DNA of 64,000 nucleotides from a plasmid: sequence record NZ_CP023526.1; one strand, 5' to 3'. Shown piece by piece: positions 53,601 to 64,000 of this stretch (position 1 is its first letter; each line of letters starts with the position of its first letter). The notes under the pieces were generated by a model. It saw only the letters and a program-made list of their open reading frames with translations, ran no database searches and was not told where the DNA came from. The position numbers and the translations under genes were made by a program.

Positions 53601-54518
53601 TCATTGTACCGCATCCTGTTCATCAAACTGAATGGCTATTTTCAGTTTATCCAGCTCTTCTATCCACCAGGATTTATAGCGAGACGGGTTACGATTTTCC
53701 CATCCAACCCAAACGGGTTCCCGCCCAAGTTCATATCCCAGATCAACAATACTGAGTGTTTGATTATCGAGTTGTTTCTTGACAGCAAGCATAGGCACAA
53801 TACCGATTCCATATCCCTCCTCGAGCAGAGAAAACTGTGTAAAAAAATCATTAACGAGAATTTTATTTTTTATTTTAAGTTGTGTTATATCATATCTGAC
53901 GTGTGAATCCAGACTGCTGTTTGTAATTATCGCTAACAACTCGCCCTCTTCATCTTTTTGACACCAAATTTTTTTATGATTTCTTTCAATATATTCTGGT
54001 GCCGCACAAAATATTAATTTATTCTCTCCAATAAATTTACTTTTCACATCCACCTGGGAAGGACATGATATGTTGGAAATGACAAAATCCAACTTTGAAC
54101 TTTCCAAATCACCCCATTCTGAACCATCCTTCATTTTATTTATTTTTATCTTTATTTTTGGGTATTTAACTGAAAAGTCATGTAATGATCTTCCCAACAG
54201 GTTAATAGAGAATGATTCACTCACGCCCAAGTTAAACACCGGGTTCCTTGGGTTTTTTATCATTAACTTGCATTCAAGATTATCAATTGCCTTCAGGATC
54301 CATTCACCTTCAGTCGCAATATTCTCTCCTTCCTTTGTAAGAGAGATAAGCGGGCCATTGCGGTCGAACAATTTCACCCCTAAATTTCGCTCAAGACAAA
54401 TCACCCGATATGATATCGCGGAAGGTGTTTTATTCATGAGCCTAGCGGTTGTCGAAAACGAACCTGTAAGCTTAATTAGGTTTATGATTTTCAGCGCGTC
54501 AAGTGATAGCTTGGCCAT
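53601..54518 (-). CDS. LysR-family transcriptional regulator (305 aa)
   Basis: N-terminal HTH LDALKIINLIKLTGSFSTTARLMNKTPSAISYRVICLERNLGVKLFDR plus a periplasmic-binding-protein-like co-inducer domain. Very AT-rich. Confidence 0.75.
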   Translation of the reverse strand: MAKLSLDALKIINLIKLTGSFSTTARLMNKTPSAISYRVICLERNLGVKLFDRNGPLISLTKEGENIATEGEWILKAIDNLECKLMIKNPRNPVFNLGVSESFSINLLGRSLHDFSVKYPKIKIKINKMKDGSEWGDLESSKLDFVISNISCPSQVDVKSKFIGENKLIFCAAPEYIERNHKKIWCQKDEEGELLAIITNSSLDSHVRYDITQLKIKNKILVNDFFTQFSLLEEGYGIGIVPMLAVKKQLDNQTLSIVDLGYELGREPVWVGWENRNPSRYKSWWIEELDKLKIAIQFDEQDAVQ

Positions 54519-55867
54519 TATTCATGAGTTCCACAGATTTTTCAATGAGTAACAAGTATTCAATGTCCATGTGTTCTTCTCAACGGTATTGGCACAAAGT
54601 AATCGTTACTTATTCATCTCCGTCGATTACAACTCTTACCACACGAAGCTCATTTATTACCGTTCACCTTTTTAGTCCCCACAAGAAGTTACCGAGCAAA
54701 CCAACGGAAGCAAGGTGGTAAACGGAAATAAACATCACCAGGGCAGAGGCGAATACTATGTCCACTCAGGCACCAGATCGCGCGCATCTTTTTGCCTTTA
54801 AGAGCCCACATCTATATTAATATACCCCTTTCCTTGATCAAATATGATGCAGGTCAGGCCATATCGGTGAAGCACGGCATCATTGTCGATAACGTCCGGT
54901 TCTACCTGAGAGATACTACAGCTGATGATCGATCATTCAGCATGAGTTTAACGACTGGTCTCTGTTTTCTATGAGGATGACTTTACTATTCCCCCACCGG
55001 TTCGCGTGGAAATAAACAGGGTTTGATAAGCTACAACCTCGTTTTCTGCCTGTCTGCACCTGCATCAACAGACAGACCAGTTCCCCTCCATGTAGAAATC
55101 ATACAGACAAAAAACAACAACGTTATCAGACATATTTATCAATGTACGTACCCTTTTCCACGTTAATATAGGACCAAGAGGCATGCCAATACTATTGAGA
55201 GCGCCGGGAAAGAAGCCCGGAAAACTCTGAATTCAGCTTGCTGGCACACAGAAACATGCGTTCTGGACTGATACAATATGTCCGCCCGATGCTTTGATTT
55301 AGAAATTTTCAAGCTGAAAAAAATCAACGATCTTTCTGGTTCAACACCCCAATTTTTTTAATGTTGGTGATTATGTCTGCTAATCGTTGAGTTCCTGCAG
55401 GTTTTTGGACTCAGTAATCGTAAATATTTCTGAAGAGAGTCCGGCGACTTTCTCATTTAACAAAAAAAAGATCATCAGGTTAAGAATCAGCACTCCGGGA
55501 AAGGCAGGTAAAACATGGTATTCGGATCGCACGCAGGTGATCTTAAAGGGACGGTTTTTCTCAGTCTCGGGCAGCATATTCTGGCCACCCTGCTAATATT
55601 TTCAGTGTTCCGATTTGCCGGTTGCACAAGCGATACATATACACTGGGACCCTTGACCGACAACGTTGTCAACCACGGGAATCTGACAATGAATTACCTA
55701 ATTATATCGTACCGATCTCAATACAAGTCAGGGGGTACGATGTCACACGAGGGTGACTTTAGACGATGCCCTCCAGACATCAATATGATGCAAAGTGACC
55801 GGATGCATGCAAATTCCCCAGGATGTCACCCACACGAAACGTACTTTTCTATTAAAAATGATTACTT

Positions 55868-56638
55868 ATGCAATACTCTGTAGATAATAAAATTATAGTA
55901 ACACAGTCCGGCATCACTACCCCAGACGATGAATCCACGCAATTTATCATTTCTGCCGTGCCACTGCGTTTACTGACCTACTTTGTTAAAAACAGCAACA
56001 GACTGATTACACGTGAAGAAATTTATTATCATGTGTGGGAAATGCACGACCTGACACCATCAGGAACAGCCCTGGCGACTCAAATGAGTTATCTCAGAAA
56101 AATCTTGTCTTCTTATGGCCTTGGTGATGATGTACTGATCACGAAGCCAAAACTTGGTTTTATTTTTAACGCAACGATTACACAAACAACCGGGATATCA
56201 GAAACCATTCACAATGAAATTGAAGAAGAAAATGAAGAAATAAAAGAGAAAAAAAATTATAATAACACCATTTGTTACATTGTAATTTTCTGCGCTGTAC
56301 TTACAACCATTGCATATTTATTGTTTTTTAAGACGGAGAAAGAAAGTGACATTAACTGGCATACACTGAACACAATTAAAGGTTGCCACGTTTACATAAT
56401 GAATCCTGACATATCACAGACTGTTTCAATGTACTATCAAAAAAAGGCTTATGAATTTATCACTAAAAATGGTCTACGTTGTGATGCCGACGACATGGTG
56501 CTTATAAATATTCAACACCCTGACACCAACGGTCACGATAATGTCTATGAGACCAAGCAATTTTATTCATATTGTAAAAAAATGAAGGAAAATTACATAT
56601 GCGACAACACTTATTTTTCTGCAGGAAAAATAGACTAA
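55868..56638 (+). CDS. ToxR/CadC/PsaE-like membrane-bound transcriptional activator (winged-helix OmpR/PhoB-type DNA-binding domain, single TM helix, periplasmic domain)
   Basis: IISAVPLRLLTYFVKNSNRLITREEIYYHVWEMHDLTPSGTALATQMSYLRKIL...ITKPKLGFIF is a trans_reg_C domain. TM helix ICYIVIFCAVLTTIAYLLFF. A Cys-containing periplasmic tail follows. Confidence 0.75.
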   Translation: MQYSVDNKIIVTQSGITTPDDESTQFIISAVPLRLLTYFVKNSNRLITREEIYYHVWEMHDLTPSGTALATQMSYLRKILSSYGLGDDVLITKPKLGFIFNATITQTTGISETIHNEIEEENEEIKEKKNYNNTICYIVIFCAVLTTIAYLLFFKTEKESDINWHTLNTIKGCHVYIMNPDISQTVSMYYQKKAYEFITKNGLRCDADDMVLINIQHPDTNGHDNVYETKQFYSYCKKMKENYICDNTYFSAGKID

Positions 56639-57090
56639 CACTTTCTTTAACCGCATTATTTATCGTCGTCATTATGGCTTTCTATTTTATAAAAAACACA
56701 CATAAAATTCTAATTCATTGTAGCAGTCAAATAAATTCTATTTTTGGTGACAATGAAACCTACCCCACGTTTAGTGGCATTTATACATTCATGCTTGACG
56801 ATGGACAGGGTTATATCTCAGTCAACGGTATTTTCCATACACAAAGTAATACCTATACAGTCCAGAAAATAATTAAAATCTCACTTCACACGGTGTCCTA
56901 TGATCAGGTCTTCTATGATATTAAGCAAGCCTCAGTACAGAGCCTTACCGGCGATAACCTGCCTGATACCCTGTATGTACGATACATATTAAGCCCCTTC
57001 ACTGTTATTGCCCTTGACAAAACACTCCACAATTCCTACCTCATTCGCAACCTATACTCTCCTGTTCTGATATGCAATCCCATGAATTAA
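56599..57090 (+). CDS. ToxS/PsaF-like single-pass periplasmic accessory protein, overlapping the 3' end of the ToxR-like gene
   Basis: N-terminal TM LTLSLTALFIVVIMAFYF. ~160 aa. Gene overlap and pairing as in toxRS, psaEF and yqeIJ. Confidence 0.6.
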   Translation: MRQHLFFCRKNRLTLSLTALFIVVIMAFYFIKNTHKILIHCSSQINSIFGDNETYPTFSGIYTFMLDDGQGYISVNGIFHTQSNTYTVQKIIKISLHTVSYDQVFYDIKQASVQSLTGDNLPDTLYVRYILSPFTVIALDKTLHNSYLIRNLYSPVLICNPMN

Positions 57091-57317
57091 TAAAGCAAAA
57101 ACATAATAATCCAGCCACAAAAAGAATAAAAAGTTAAAAAACAAAATAAAATAGGAATTAAAAACTAATTAAAGACATCAAATCAGTTTAACATTTCATA
57201 AAAGATTTCTTTTTGAGAGCATTAATGCGTCCAAGAGAGGTGCCTATTACGTCAGTTCCTGTACTGCGAACGGACGCTAGCACACCTCATTAACGCATAG
57301 CAGTACGCATGACATGA

Positions 57318-57944
57318 GTGAATGAAATGGCATATCAAAAATTCCCTGACATAACCGAGTACCGGTATGGCAACAACAGTCGTGTACTTATACGGACTAA
57401 TGTGCCATTTCTTGAAGTGACACTTAAATTCTGCACAGAGCGTTTTTTTTCAACCGACATGGGCGTTCTGTATATCATTGATGCAATACTTTTCAGTAGT
57501 TTCTCTGATCTGTTGAATCATCTAAGAAGGGTAAATGCCGTTAAACCTGATATGCATATCATAATTATTGATGATAATAAGCCAACTCAACAATCTGAAG
57601 GAGAGTTCTGCCCATGGATCCTATCAACTAAAGACTCTATTGAATCACTTATTTCATGTCTGAAGGCATTGAACTCCGCGGTCGATAATTTTAATGATAT
57701 AGTCACGTACTATGAAAACAGGCGTAAGATGGGCTATCTGGATCCGAGACAGGCACAAATGCTGGAATGGGTTTGTAAGGGAGAGTCTATCGATTGTATT
57801 GCCTCCAGAATGAATCTTTCACCTAAAACCGTTTACTACAACCTGAGAAAAGTCTCAGCTTATCTCGGCATGAAAAATCTGTCTCAGCTCATCGTGTTCA
57901 TGCTCCGCGAACATTATGTCCCATTTTGTTTGAATGCACGCTGA
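57318..57944 (+). CDS. LuxR-type regulator with N-terminal receiver-like domain (208 aa)
   Basis: C-terminal GerE HTH LDPRQAQMLEWVCKGESIDCIASRMNLSPKTVYYNLRKVSAYLGMKNLSQLIVF. Confidence 0.65.
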   Translation: MNEMAYQKFPDITEYRYGNNSRVLIRTNVPFLEVTLKFCTERFFSTDMGVLYIIDAILFSSFSDLLNHLRRVNAVKPDMHIIIIDDNKPTQQSEGEFCPWILSTKDSIESLISCLKALNSAVDNFNDIVTYYENRRKMGYLDPRQAQMLEWVCKGESIDCIASRMNLSPKTVYYNLRKVSAYLGMKNLSQLIVFMLREHYVPFCLNAR

Positions 57945-59029
57945 TCTTTTTTACGCACAAAAGAAACAGACTGCAGAGGCACTATTGTACGTTGCTCAAG
58001 ACCTGCCACAGTCTGTGGCCGGGTAATTTTTTCGGTCATTGCAATGATATTCATCACATGCTGTTTTGCAAAAAATGCACGACATCTGTTGCCATTTCAA
58101 CTGGTGGCTGTTGTGACTCCTGTAAGCCGGGGAAGATAATACACCACCTGCAAAAATTGCCATTCTCGCCCTGCAGCCCTCAACACTGAGTTCCGTAATA
58201 CTGGTATTGCGGCACAGGGTAAAATCAGGGTTGACAAGCTGGGCGCACTGAAACAGACAGAAATCACAGCGCTGCTGAAAGAGGGAGGAATTTTCGACGG
58301 GAGCAAAAATGCCTTCGTTCGGGGCTCCGACTGGCAAATCTGCGTGGCGCCCGAAAGGCGGATGTCGTTGCTTTACTCGCCCCCACCGTAGGGGATGATA
58401 TGTCTTACGGGCCCGCCAGCGGTATTTCGCAGCCGGCAAATGCCAGCCACTCTGAACTTGATTATGCCACGGTGAGTGTGTGCAAAACAGGGAAGCGCCG
58501 ATATGGTTTTGCACGCGGGTATATATCAAAAGATGACTCGCGGGGAACCCTGATGGTAAATGGAGAAACAGACGCAACAATACCCGCCTGGTCTGCAGCA
58601 GGCCGAAAGTGGAAAGGAGATATTACGCGTGTTCCTGCGGGGCAGCCCGATGCGACCGACTATGCCAGCCAGTTCCGCCTCAGCGCCCATCAGGTGCACT
58701 GTGGCACGTTTCTCGTCCTGAAACCGGTAAGGTATCATCCCGGCCTCTTGCAACACCCGCAGCACGTTCCCGGTACCCCGTTGGGTCTGCGTGTCCATCA
58801 GGAGGATCTGAACATTATCCCGGACGGCCCGACGAGCAGGACTTCCGCTTCTTGCAGGGCCGGCTTCTCACCTGGTCCACAATCAGGGCACTCAGATCCG
58901 ATGCAGAAAGCTTATCCCTGCCAATTGACTGAGGCCAACAATCGGGTTGCGGCTGTACAACAATCTGAATCGCCGAGGATTTAACAAACACCTCAGAGTC
59001 ATTTAAGATGGCTTAAAGAGAGGTGCCCA

Positions 59030-59260
59030 TAAGCAGTAAGCGTTATCCTGAAGAGTTTAAAATTGAAGCACTCAAACAGGTTATTGATCGTGGCCATTCT
59101 GTTTCCAGTGACTGAAACGTGAACGGATAAAGAAAATGATCTACGGAACGCGAGAAGAAGCCTGCAGTGATATTTTTGATTACATCGAAATGTTTTATAG
59201 CGGCAAGCATCAGCATGGTTCGGGCGATCAGATGCCACACGAGAGTACCGCTATTTGTCC
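59030..59260 (+). pseudogene. Internally deleted IS3-family remnant (orfA fragment + orfB C-terminal fragment)
   Basis: SKRYPEEFKIEALKQVIDRGHSV (orfA HTH-like fragment) and MIYGTREEACSDIFDYIEMFYSGKHQH (IS3 orfB C-terminal motif). Confidence 0.6.
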
Positions 59261-59672
59261 TCCCTTTTTTCTCATGAATATAGCCGCAAAACGTGGGAGT
59301 GGACGCCAGCTCCAGATTCACCTTCCCTGCTTCACCCTGAGTCCATCACGTATGACTTTCATTGCCGTTCTTCAACGCTGATATACCATTCATACTGTTG
59401 TCTGAAAAATATGCCCGTTCCCGGATATAATCAGGCGTTCTAAGTCGTTTTTAATGATCGAAACACACGCATGAGATCGAAATATCCGGATCGGATCCTT
59501 CATGTTTCTTTCTGCTGTTTCCTCGTGATTGTAATAATATTCTTTATGCATTAAAAATATCGTTAAAAGTAAGATACAAAAATATAAAACGTGATGTTTA
59601 CATATTGCATTTATGAAAAAAATAATTAAAAATCGACTTGCATCAATTTAATTTTAAACCAAGGAACTCAGA

Positions 59673-60077
59673 ATGTCAGAAGCATTGAAAATTCTTAACA
59701 ACATTCGTACGCTGCGCGCTCAGGCGCGTGAACTTCCTCTTGAAGCGCTGGAAGAAATGCTGGAGAAGCTCACCATCGTGGTCAGTGAGCGCCAGGAAGA
59801 AGAGGCATCCCAGCGTAAAGAACTCGAAGATAAACAGGCGAAGATTGACGCTTTTCGAGCCAAATTACTGGAAGAGGGAATTGATCCAAGCGAGTTGCTC
59901 TCCTCTCTGAAGGTCGTCTCAACAAAAACCAAGGCACCCCGTGAACCCCGCCCGGCAAAGTATAAGTATATCGATGAGAATGGGAGCGAAAAAACCTGGA
60001 CCGGTCAGGGCCGTACACCAAAAGCGATTGCCAGCGAGCTTGAAAAAGGTAAAACGCTCGACGATTTCGCCCTGTGA
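59673..60077 (+). CDS. H-NS-family nucleoid-associated protein, divergent paralog (Hfp/StpA/Sfh-like), 134 aa
   Basis: N-terminus [20 protein letters not shown] is identical to H-NS. The central region diverges. The C-terminal DNA-binding motif [13 protein letters not shown] ([16 protein letters not shown]) is present. Confidence 0.85.
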   Translation: MSEALKILNNIRTLRAQARELPLEALEEMLEKLTIVVSERQEEEASQRKELEDKQAKIDAFRAKLLEEGIDPSELLSSLKVVSTKTKAPREPRPAKYKYIDENGSEKTWTGQGRTPKAIASELEKGKTLDDFAL

Positions 60078-60480
60078 TCGTAAGGTTGGGTTAACAATTT
60101 ACCCCGGAGCTCACCCCTCACGCAGGCAACAGATCAGCGGGCTGAGTCGTTTATTGCGCGTACCTCTGCAGCATACAGGTGAGCCTGGTGGCTGAGAGGT
60201 ATTGCTCTCTCGCATTTTCATGGCAATGCCCACGTGCCGATGAAGGATTTTTTGAGTGCATCGCCAGGCATCTCCTGTACAGGCCACCTGAGTCCTTATT
60301 CACGGTAACAGTCAACTAAAACTGGTCACCGCTTTAAAGTTTCTCCAGTATCTATTCTCCGACTTGTAGGGTGATAACCCGTCGTCAAACTCGCGTGGCC
60401 TGAGTGCGCAGCTGGCAGCTCACCAGCCCCAGTTCTTTCATAATTTGCAAGCGCAGGCCATCGCCCCGTCAGGAAGCCCC

Positions 60481-61005
60481 TTAGTGTTGACATGGTCCCG
60501 ATACTTCTTGCGCCAGCAGAACCATGGCAGATGTTGTGCCGCTCCAGAACCTGGCATCGTAATATAGTCCAACTGTCGTCTGGCTTTTCAAGACTGTTTT
60601 TCCGGTATTTGTCGCTACTGCGATGAACCCTAACACCCGGCAGAATGTGGCGACAGAATAATGTGCTCTGAGTTTCCCTATTATCGGGAACTGTTGAAGG
60701 TGTCTGGCATCAAGAGTGTGGTAGATTTCTCCTGAGCTCACATATTTTAATTCGCTCCAGAGTGATAGGGGATACTTTTAGTGTCATTGCCCACTGCGCA
60801 TCACGCAACTGCTTCACCCATCGCGCCATCGTGGAAAGGCAACATTCACAGCGTTGGCTGCATCCGCAACCGTGTAATTCTGGCCAGGAACCCGTTGAGC
60901 GGATTCGCGTTTAAACCCCAGGCTGAAATGTCTTCTTTTCATTAGTGCACCTGTAATGTTCTGAGATGAGCACATCACCTCTGTGATGGTAGCAAAATTC
61001 TGCAA
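60481..61005 (-). pseudogene. IS3-family (IS911-like) orfA/orfB fragments adjacent to the tRNA
   Basis: [34 protein letters not shown] resembles IS911 Orf[35 protein letters not shown]. An orfB N-terminal fragment ([23 protein letters not shown]) follows, then the element is truncated. Confidence 0.6.
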
Positions 61006-61037
61006 ACCACTTCAGACCCAAATTGCATTCAAACAAA

Positions 61038-61070
61038 AAGGAGTCAGACGATTTCTCATCTGACTCCTTG
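61038..61070 (-). terminator. Intrinsic terminator hairpin downstream of the tRNA (GGAGTCAGATGAGAAATCGTCTGACTCC + TTTTTGTTT on the minus strand)
   Basis: A perfect 10-bp stem followed by a T-run, immediately 3' of the tRNA. Confidence 0.6.
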
Positions 61071-61077
61071 TTTAATT

Positions 61078-61153
61078 TGGTGGCCCCTGCTGGGTTTGAA
61101 CCAGCGACCAAGCGATTATGAGTCGCTCGCTCTAACCACTGAGCTAAAGGGCC
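61078..61153 (-). tRNA. tRNA-Ile2 (k2CAU lysidine) / CAU-anticodon tRNA, ileX-like, 76 nt
   Basis: GGCCCTTTAGCTCAGTGGTTAGAGCGAGCGACTCATAATCGCTTGGTCGCTGGTTCAAACCCAGCAGGGGCCACCA is near-identical to E. coli ileX as recalled. Cloverleaf verified by eye (acceptor with one G-U pair, anticodon loop CTCATAA). Confidence 0.8.
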
Positions 61154-61783
61154 AGTCCGCGCATCTTACATGGTTGGCTTTCACTGCGTAAACGCTGCCC
61201 AGAAGAATAATTTTCACACTAAGACCAAATCCTTCCCGCAGTGATTTTGTGTCTTCCAGTCAATCCAGGCCCTACTATGCCTGTGTTTTCATACTCCAGG
61301 TGAGGGGCGGCGAGAGAGTATTCCCGGCAGTGAAGCGGCCCATCGCGTTTCGCCATTTTCTGCCCATTGGAGACACGCTCTTTAAATATCACTGCCGGGG
61401 CGGGGTGGAAAACTGAGCCCCCGTTGCTGCCACTGGACCTGCAGGCTTGCTGACATTTTGGGAGGGCATAATGAAGGGCACCGGGCCGCCTGTGAAGATG
61501 ACATCAATGTGATGACCTTAATCACGCACAATACCTGTTTACTGGGAGGTATCTTTCAGTCGTGTCAGCGCCCTGTCCCGCTTTTCTTTGCTCTCAAACC
61601 ACCAGACAAATTGCTTATTTTTAAGGAAAGAATCATTTTTAAGCCCATTGGTTGCCCTGAAACCCCGGAAATACATGCTCATTGGTCGTCACTACGGGAC
61701 GCTGGCCAACCACAGCTGGCGCCCGAGTGGCATGATAAAAAATACCACCTTATTTTCATAAGGTGATATTTTGACATCCTTCT

Positions 61784-62779
61784 TCAGTCATTTTGAAGCC
61801 CTGATATGCAGGCCTTTGTCTCTCCATACGCCATCAGGAAACAATGTGCCTTCGAGGCGGCACTGGCCGCTTTGAAAATGTAGCGCTTATCCCCGCGTAG
61901 GGCTTTCAACCAGGAAGCAATATAGCTTCCGTGTTGTACCTCTCCCCTGACGCCCAAATCGGCCATCAAAAAGGCGCTCCCCAGCTCAGCGATCAGTTCC
62001 TCAAACGCGTACCCTTCTGATCCAAATCTTCCCTCTTTCTCCCGATTTAAGCGGCTTCTGGCCCCGCTCCAGTGAACCAGCTCATGCAATCCCGTCGCGT
62101 AAAAATTTGCGGCATCATCGAATAAATGACGCTCCGGTAGCCAGATTTCATCTGTAATCGGTCGATAACATGCCTGCTGACCACGCTCGGTAATGTCCGC
62201 TCCGGTGCGCTGAAAAAGCGTTTCAACATACGGCAGAGGATCGAATGCCTCTCCGGCCTGCGGCACAGCGCCTTCCCCCAGACTCAGCCCGTCGATTTGC
62301 TCCACGTTAAACACGGTGAAAGATTTCACCATCGGGATCCTTTCGATCTGGCCGTCGTCGATTTCTTTTTCCAGCATCTTGTAAAAAATGCCGGTGGTGC
62401 CGATTTCACCCTTGCGAACATGAGCGCCCTGCTCCTGGGCTTGCTTGTAGGTCAGCCAGCGGGAATCGTTAAAGCCCGGCTTTGCAGCACTGCACCAAAA
62501 CAGCATGATGTTTATTCCGCTGTACGCCGTACCGGTGCTGAGATTTGACGGGATACCCGACACCATGCCGTTACGTTTCCACGGACACATCCACGGCTTA
62601 ACCCCCATTTCCAGCGCTTCAATAATGCTGTCGGTGACAGTCTGATAAACATCTTTTTTTTGTTTGGTTTTGCCCTTAGAAAATTTCGTTTTTGGGGAGC
62701 CTGACTGCTCCAGCGGGGATACGCTGGTCGCCTGTGCGGGATTAGGGTTGCTTGTCTGGGTATGCAGGTTCATCGTCAT
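61784..62779 (-). CDS. ArdC-like protein: N-terminal ssDNA-binding (DUF1738) domain + C-terminal zincin-like HExxH metallopeptidase domain
   Basis: N-domain motif DVYQTVTDSIIEALEMGVKPWMCPW. C-domain GLHELVHWSGARSRLNRE. Start taken at MTMNLHT (62779), with GGAG upstream. Confidence 0.7.
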   Translation of the reverse strand: MTMNLHTQTSNPNPAQATSVSPLEQSGSPKTKFSKGKTKQKKDVYQTVTDSIIEALEMGVKPWMCPWKRNGMVSGIPSNLSTGTAYSGINIMLFWCSAAKPGFNDSRWLTYKQAQEQGAHVRKGEIGTTGIFYKMLEKEIDDGQIERIPMVKSFTVFNVEQIDGLSLGEGAVPQAGEAFDPLPYVETLFQRTGADITERGQQACYRPITDEIWLPERHLFDDAANFYATGLHELVHWSGARSRLNREKEGRFGSEGYAFEELIAELGSAFLMADLGVRGEVQHGSYIASWLKALRGDKRYIFKAASAASKAHCFLMAYGETKACISGLQND

Positions 62780-64000
62780 GGTTGTTTCTCCGTCAGTGTA
62801 AATTTCGTCTTCGTATCGCCTGACGGTTCGGCCTCCCGGCATCGTTCTGGCCAGCAAGGGCGCGTAGCGGCTTTGCATTACCTTGCGGGCCAGGTTGTGT
62901 TGGGGGACGATGACCGGAAGCTGATACGAAGAGGAAAGGCAACACAGGAGAAAATGACGATGTGCATAGCCGGACTTAGCGCCCTTTATGCTGCAAAAGT
63001 GAAATCGTATTTGCCGTGGCAGAAGATGGAATAACCCCCCTTTAGGGGCCGGCTAATAGGCGGGCATATTTAATCAAGCCCGGCGCAAGATGTAGCGGTG
63101 TGCTTTCATACCTCAGACACTGGCGAGTAGCCAGAAACATAGAACGGGCGTAGCTCGAGTTAACACCAGTGAAACCGCCAGCGTAATGTGGCTTGACGAC
63201 CACCCGAAACGGATGGAAGACAAAGGAGTCAAGCGCATTTTAACCCAGCCCTGTCTTGGTATGTCTTTGTCACTGACTTTACTGTGTTACATGGGTCTTC
63301 CCCGTCCATGGTGGGAGACTCAGATTTCCATGTTTAACCTGCCATAATGGAACACCACTGCGATTTAGAAGCGTTCTTTGTTCCGGTATTCTCTGGACTT
63401 GATCCCTGCAGCCACATTTTAGTGTTTAGTGATTCTGCGTTGCTGTTTGAGATCTGATGTTTCATGGCATTCATAACCATAAAGCCTTTTAGGTTACGTT
63501 CTGTCTGCACTGCTCAGCAGTGTAATTCCCACGTTTTTTGCCATGCTCATCCATTCCTGACACAACCGCCTACTGTGTTACGTGAATGCCAGGCGGCATT
63601 TTTCGGCAGCATAATGGCGTGGTCACACTTATGATTAATTCACTGTTAAACCAGATACGCCGGTTGATAGTTCACTGGCTGGCCAGCGGCGTGGCTACCG
63701 CCGATACAGGTAGTAGCCAAGGCCTGGCATTTACTTCGTCAGGAAGATCTTTTTTTCACGGCGATGGCATGACAAAGAAGTACGCTGGCGCACCCAGCGA
63801 TTCCCCCTATCAGCGCACTCAATATTAAAAAAACCACTATACCGGGGCCATCTTTCTTAATGGGGTACGTAGGTGACTGCTGAAAGTTAATCACTGGAAT
63901 GTTGGTATTTTTAATACTAACCTCTTCAAGCCGGGCTAGCCGATATTCTCGATTTTTAATATCCGGATTAAGTTCAGTAAAATCGCTGATTGTTTTCTCT

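Noticed and set aside
57996-58984. 194-aa ORFs on both strands (57996-58580 minus, 58400-58984 plus) in a GC-richer patch
   Set aside because: No recognisable domains, and they are mutually overlapping. Probably noncoding or a decayed gene; left unannotated.
62955-63034. 26-codon ORF MTMCIAGLSALYAAKVKSYLPWQKME upstream of the ArdC-like gene, and the 80-aa ORF at 63586-63828
   Set aside because: Too short or featureless to support. No RBS or conservation evidence available.

Overview
This window is a mosaic, horizontally acquired accessory region of an Enterobacteriaceae-type chromosome. The host affinity is inferred from E. coli/Shigella/Salmonella-like IS content, an H-NS-type protein with the canonical N-terminus, an ileX-like tRNA and Rpn (YhgA-like) paralogs. 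IS debris is everywhere: IS6/IS26-like transposase fragments or ends at six or more sites, an IS110-family element nested in an IS3-family (IS407-group) element that itself sits in an IS256-family transposase remnant, a complete IS66-family element, and IS3/IS911-like remnants. Apparently intact cargo includes an AA10 LPMO/chitin-binding protein, an AIDA-type autotransporter, an operon of three large Ig-like/beta-propeller proteins without N-terminal signal peptides plus a divergently transcribed lipoprotein, and an ~1850-aa Rhs/YD-repeat polymorphic toxin with an unusual C-terminal domain. It also includes a signal-peptide-less metzincin, an NleH/OspG-like minimal kinase, a VirK/DUF535 homolog and a DsbA/DsbG-like oxidoreductase in a high-GC block. 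There are many regulators (three LuxR-type, XRE, S24-like repressor, LysR, a ToxR/ToxS-like pair, an H-NS paralog), a CpdA-like phosphodiesterase coupled to a YhhQ/DUF165 transporter, an orphan F-like oriT-traM module and an ArdC-like protein. Three copies of an Rpn-family nuclease module are present in different states of decay. Three tRNA genes were found by eye (two with CAU anticodon of the Ile2/Met type, one Arg-CCG variant) next to tRNA-like debris. No CRISPR array or rRNA was seen. The most notable candidates are the Rhs toxin whose immunity region is replaced by a nest of IS elements, a candidate effector pair (metzincin plus OspG/NleH-like kinase), the Ig-like trio operon and the PDE-transporter module. 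All protein-family calls rest on motif recognition by eye and need homology searches to confirm.
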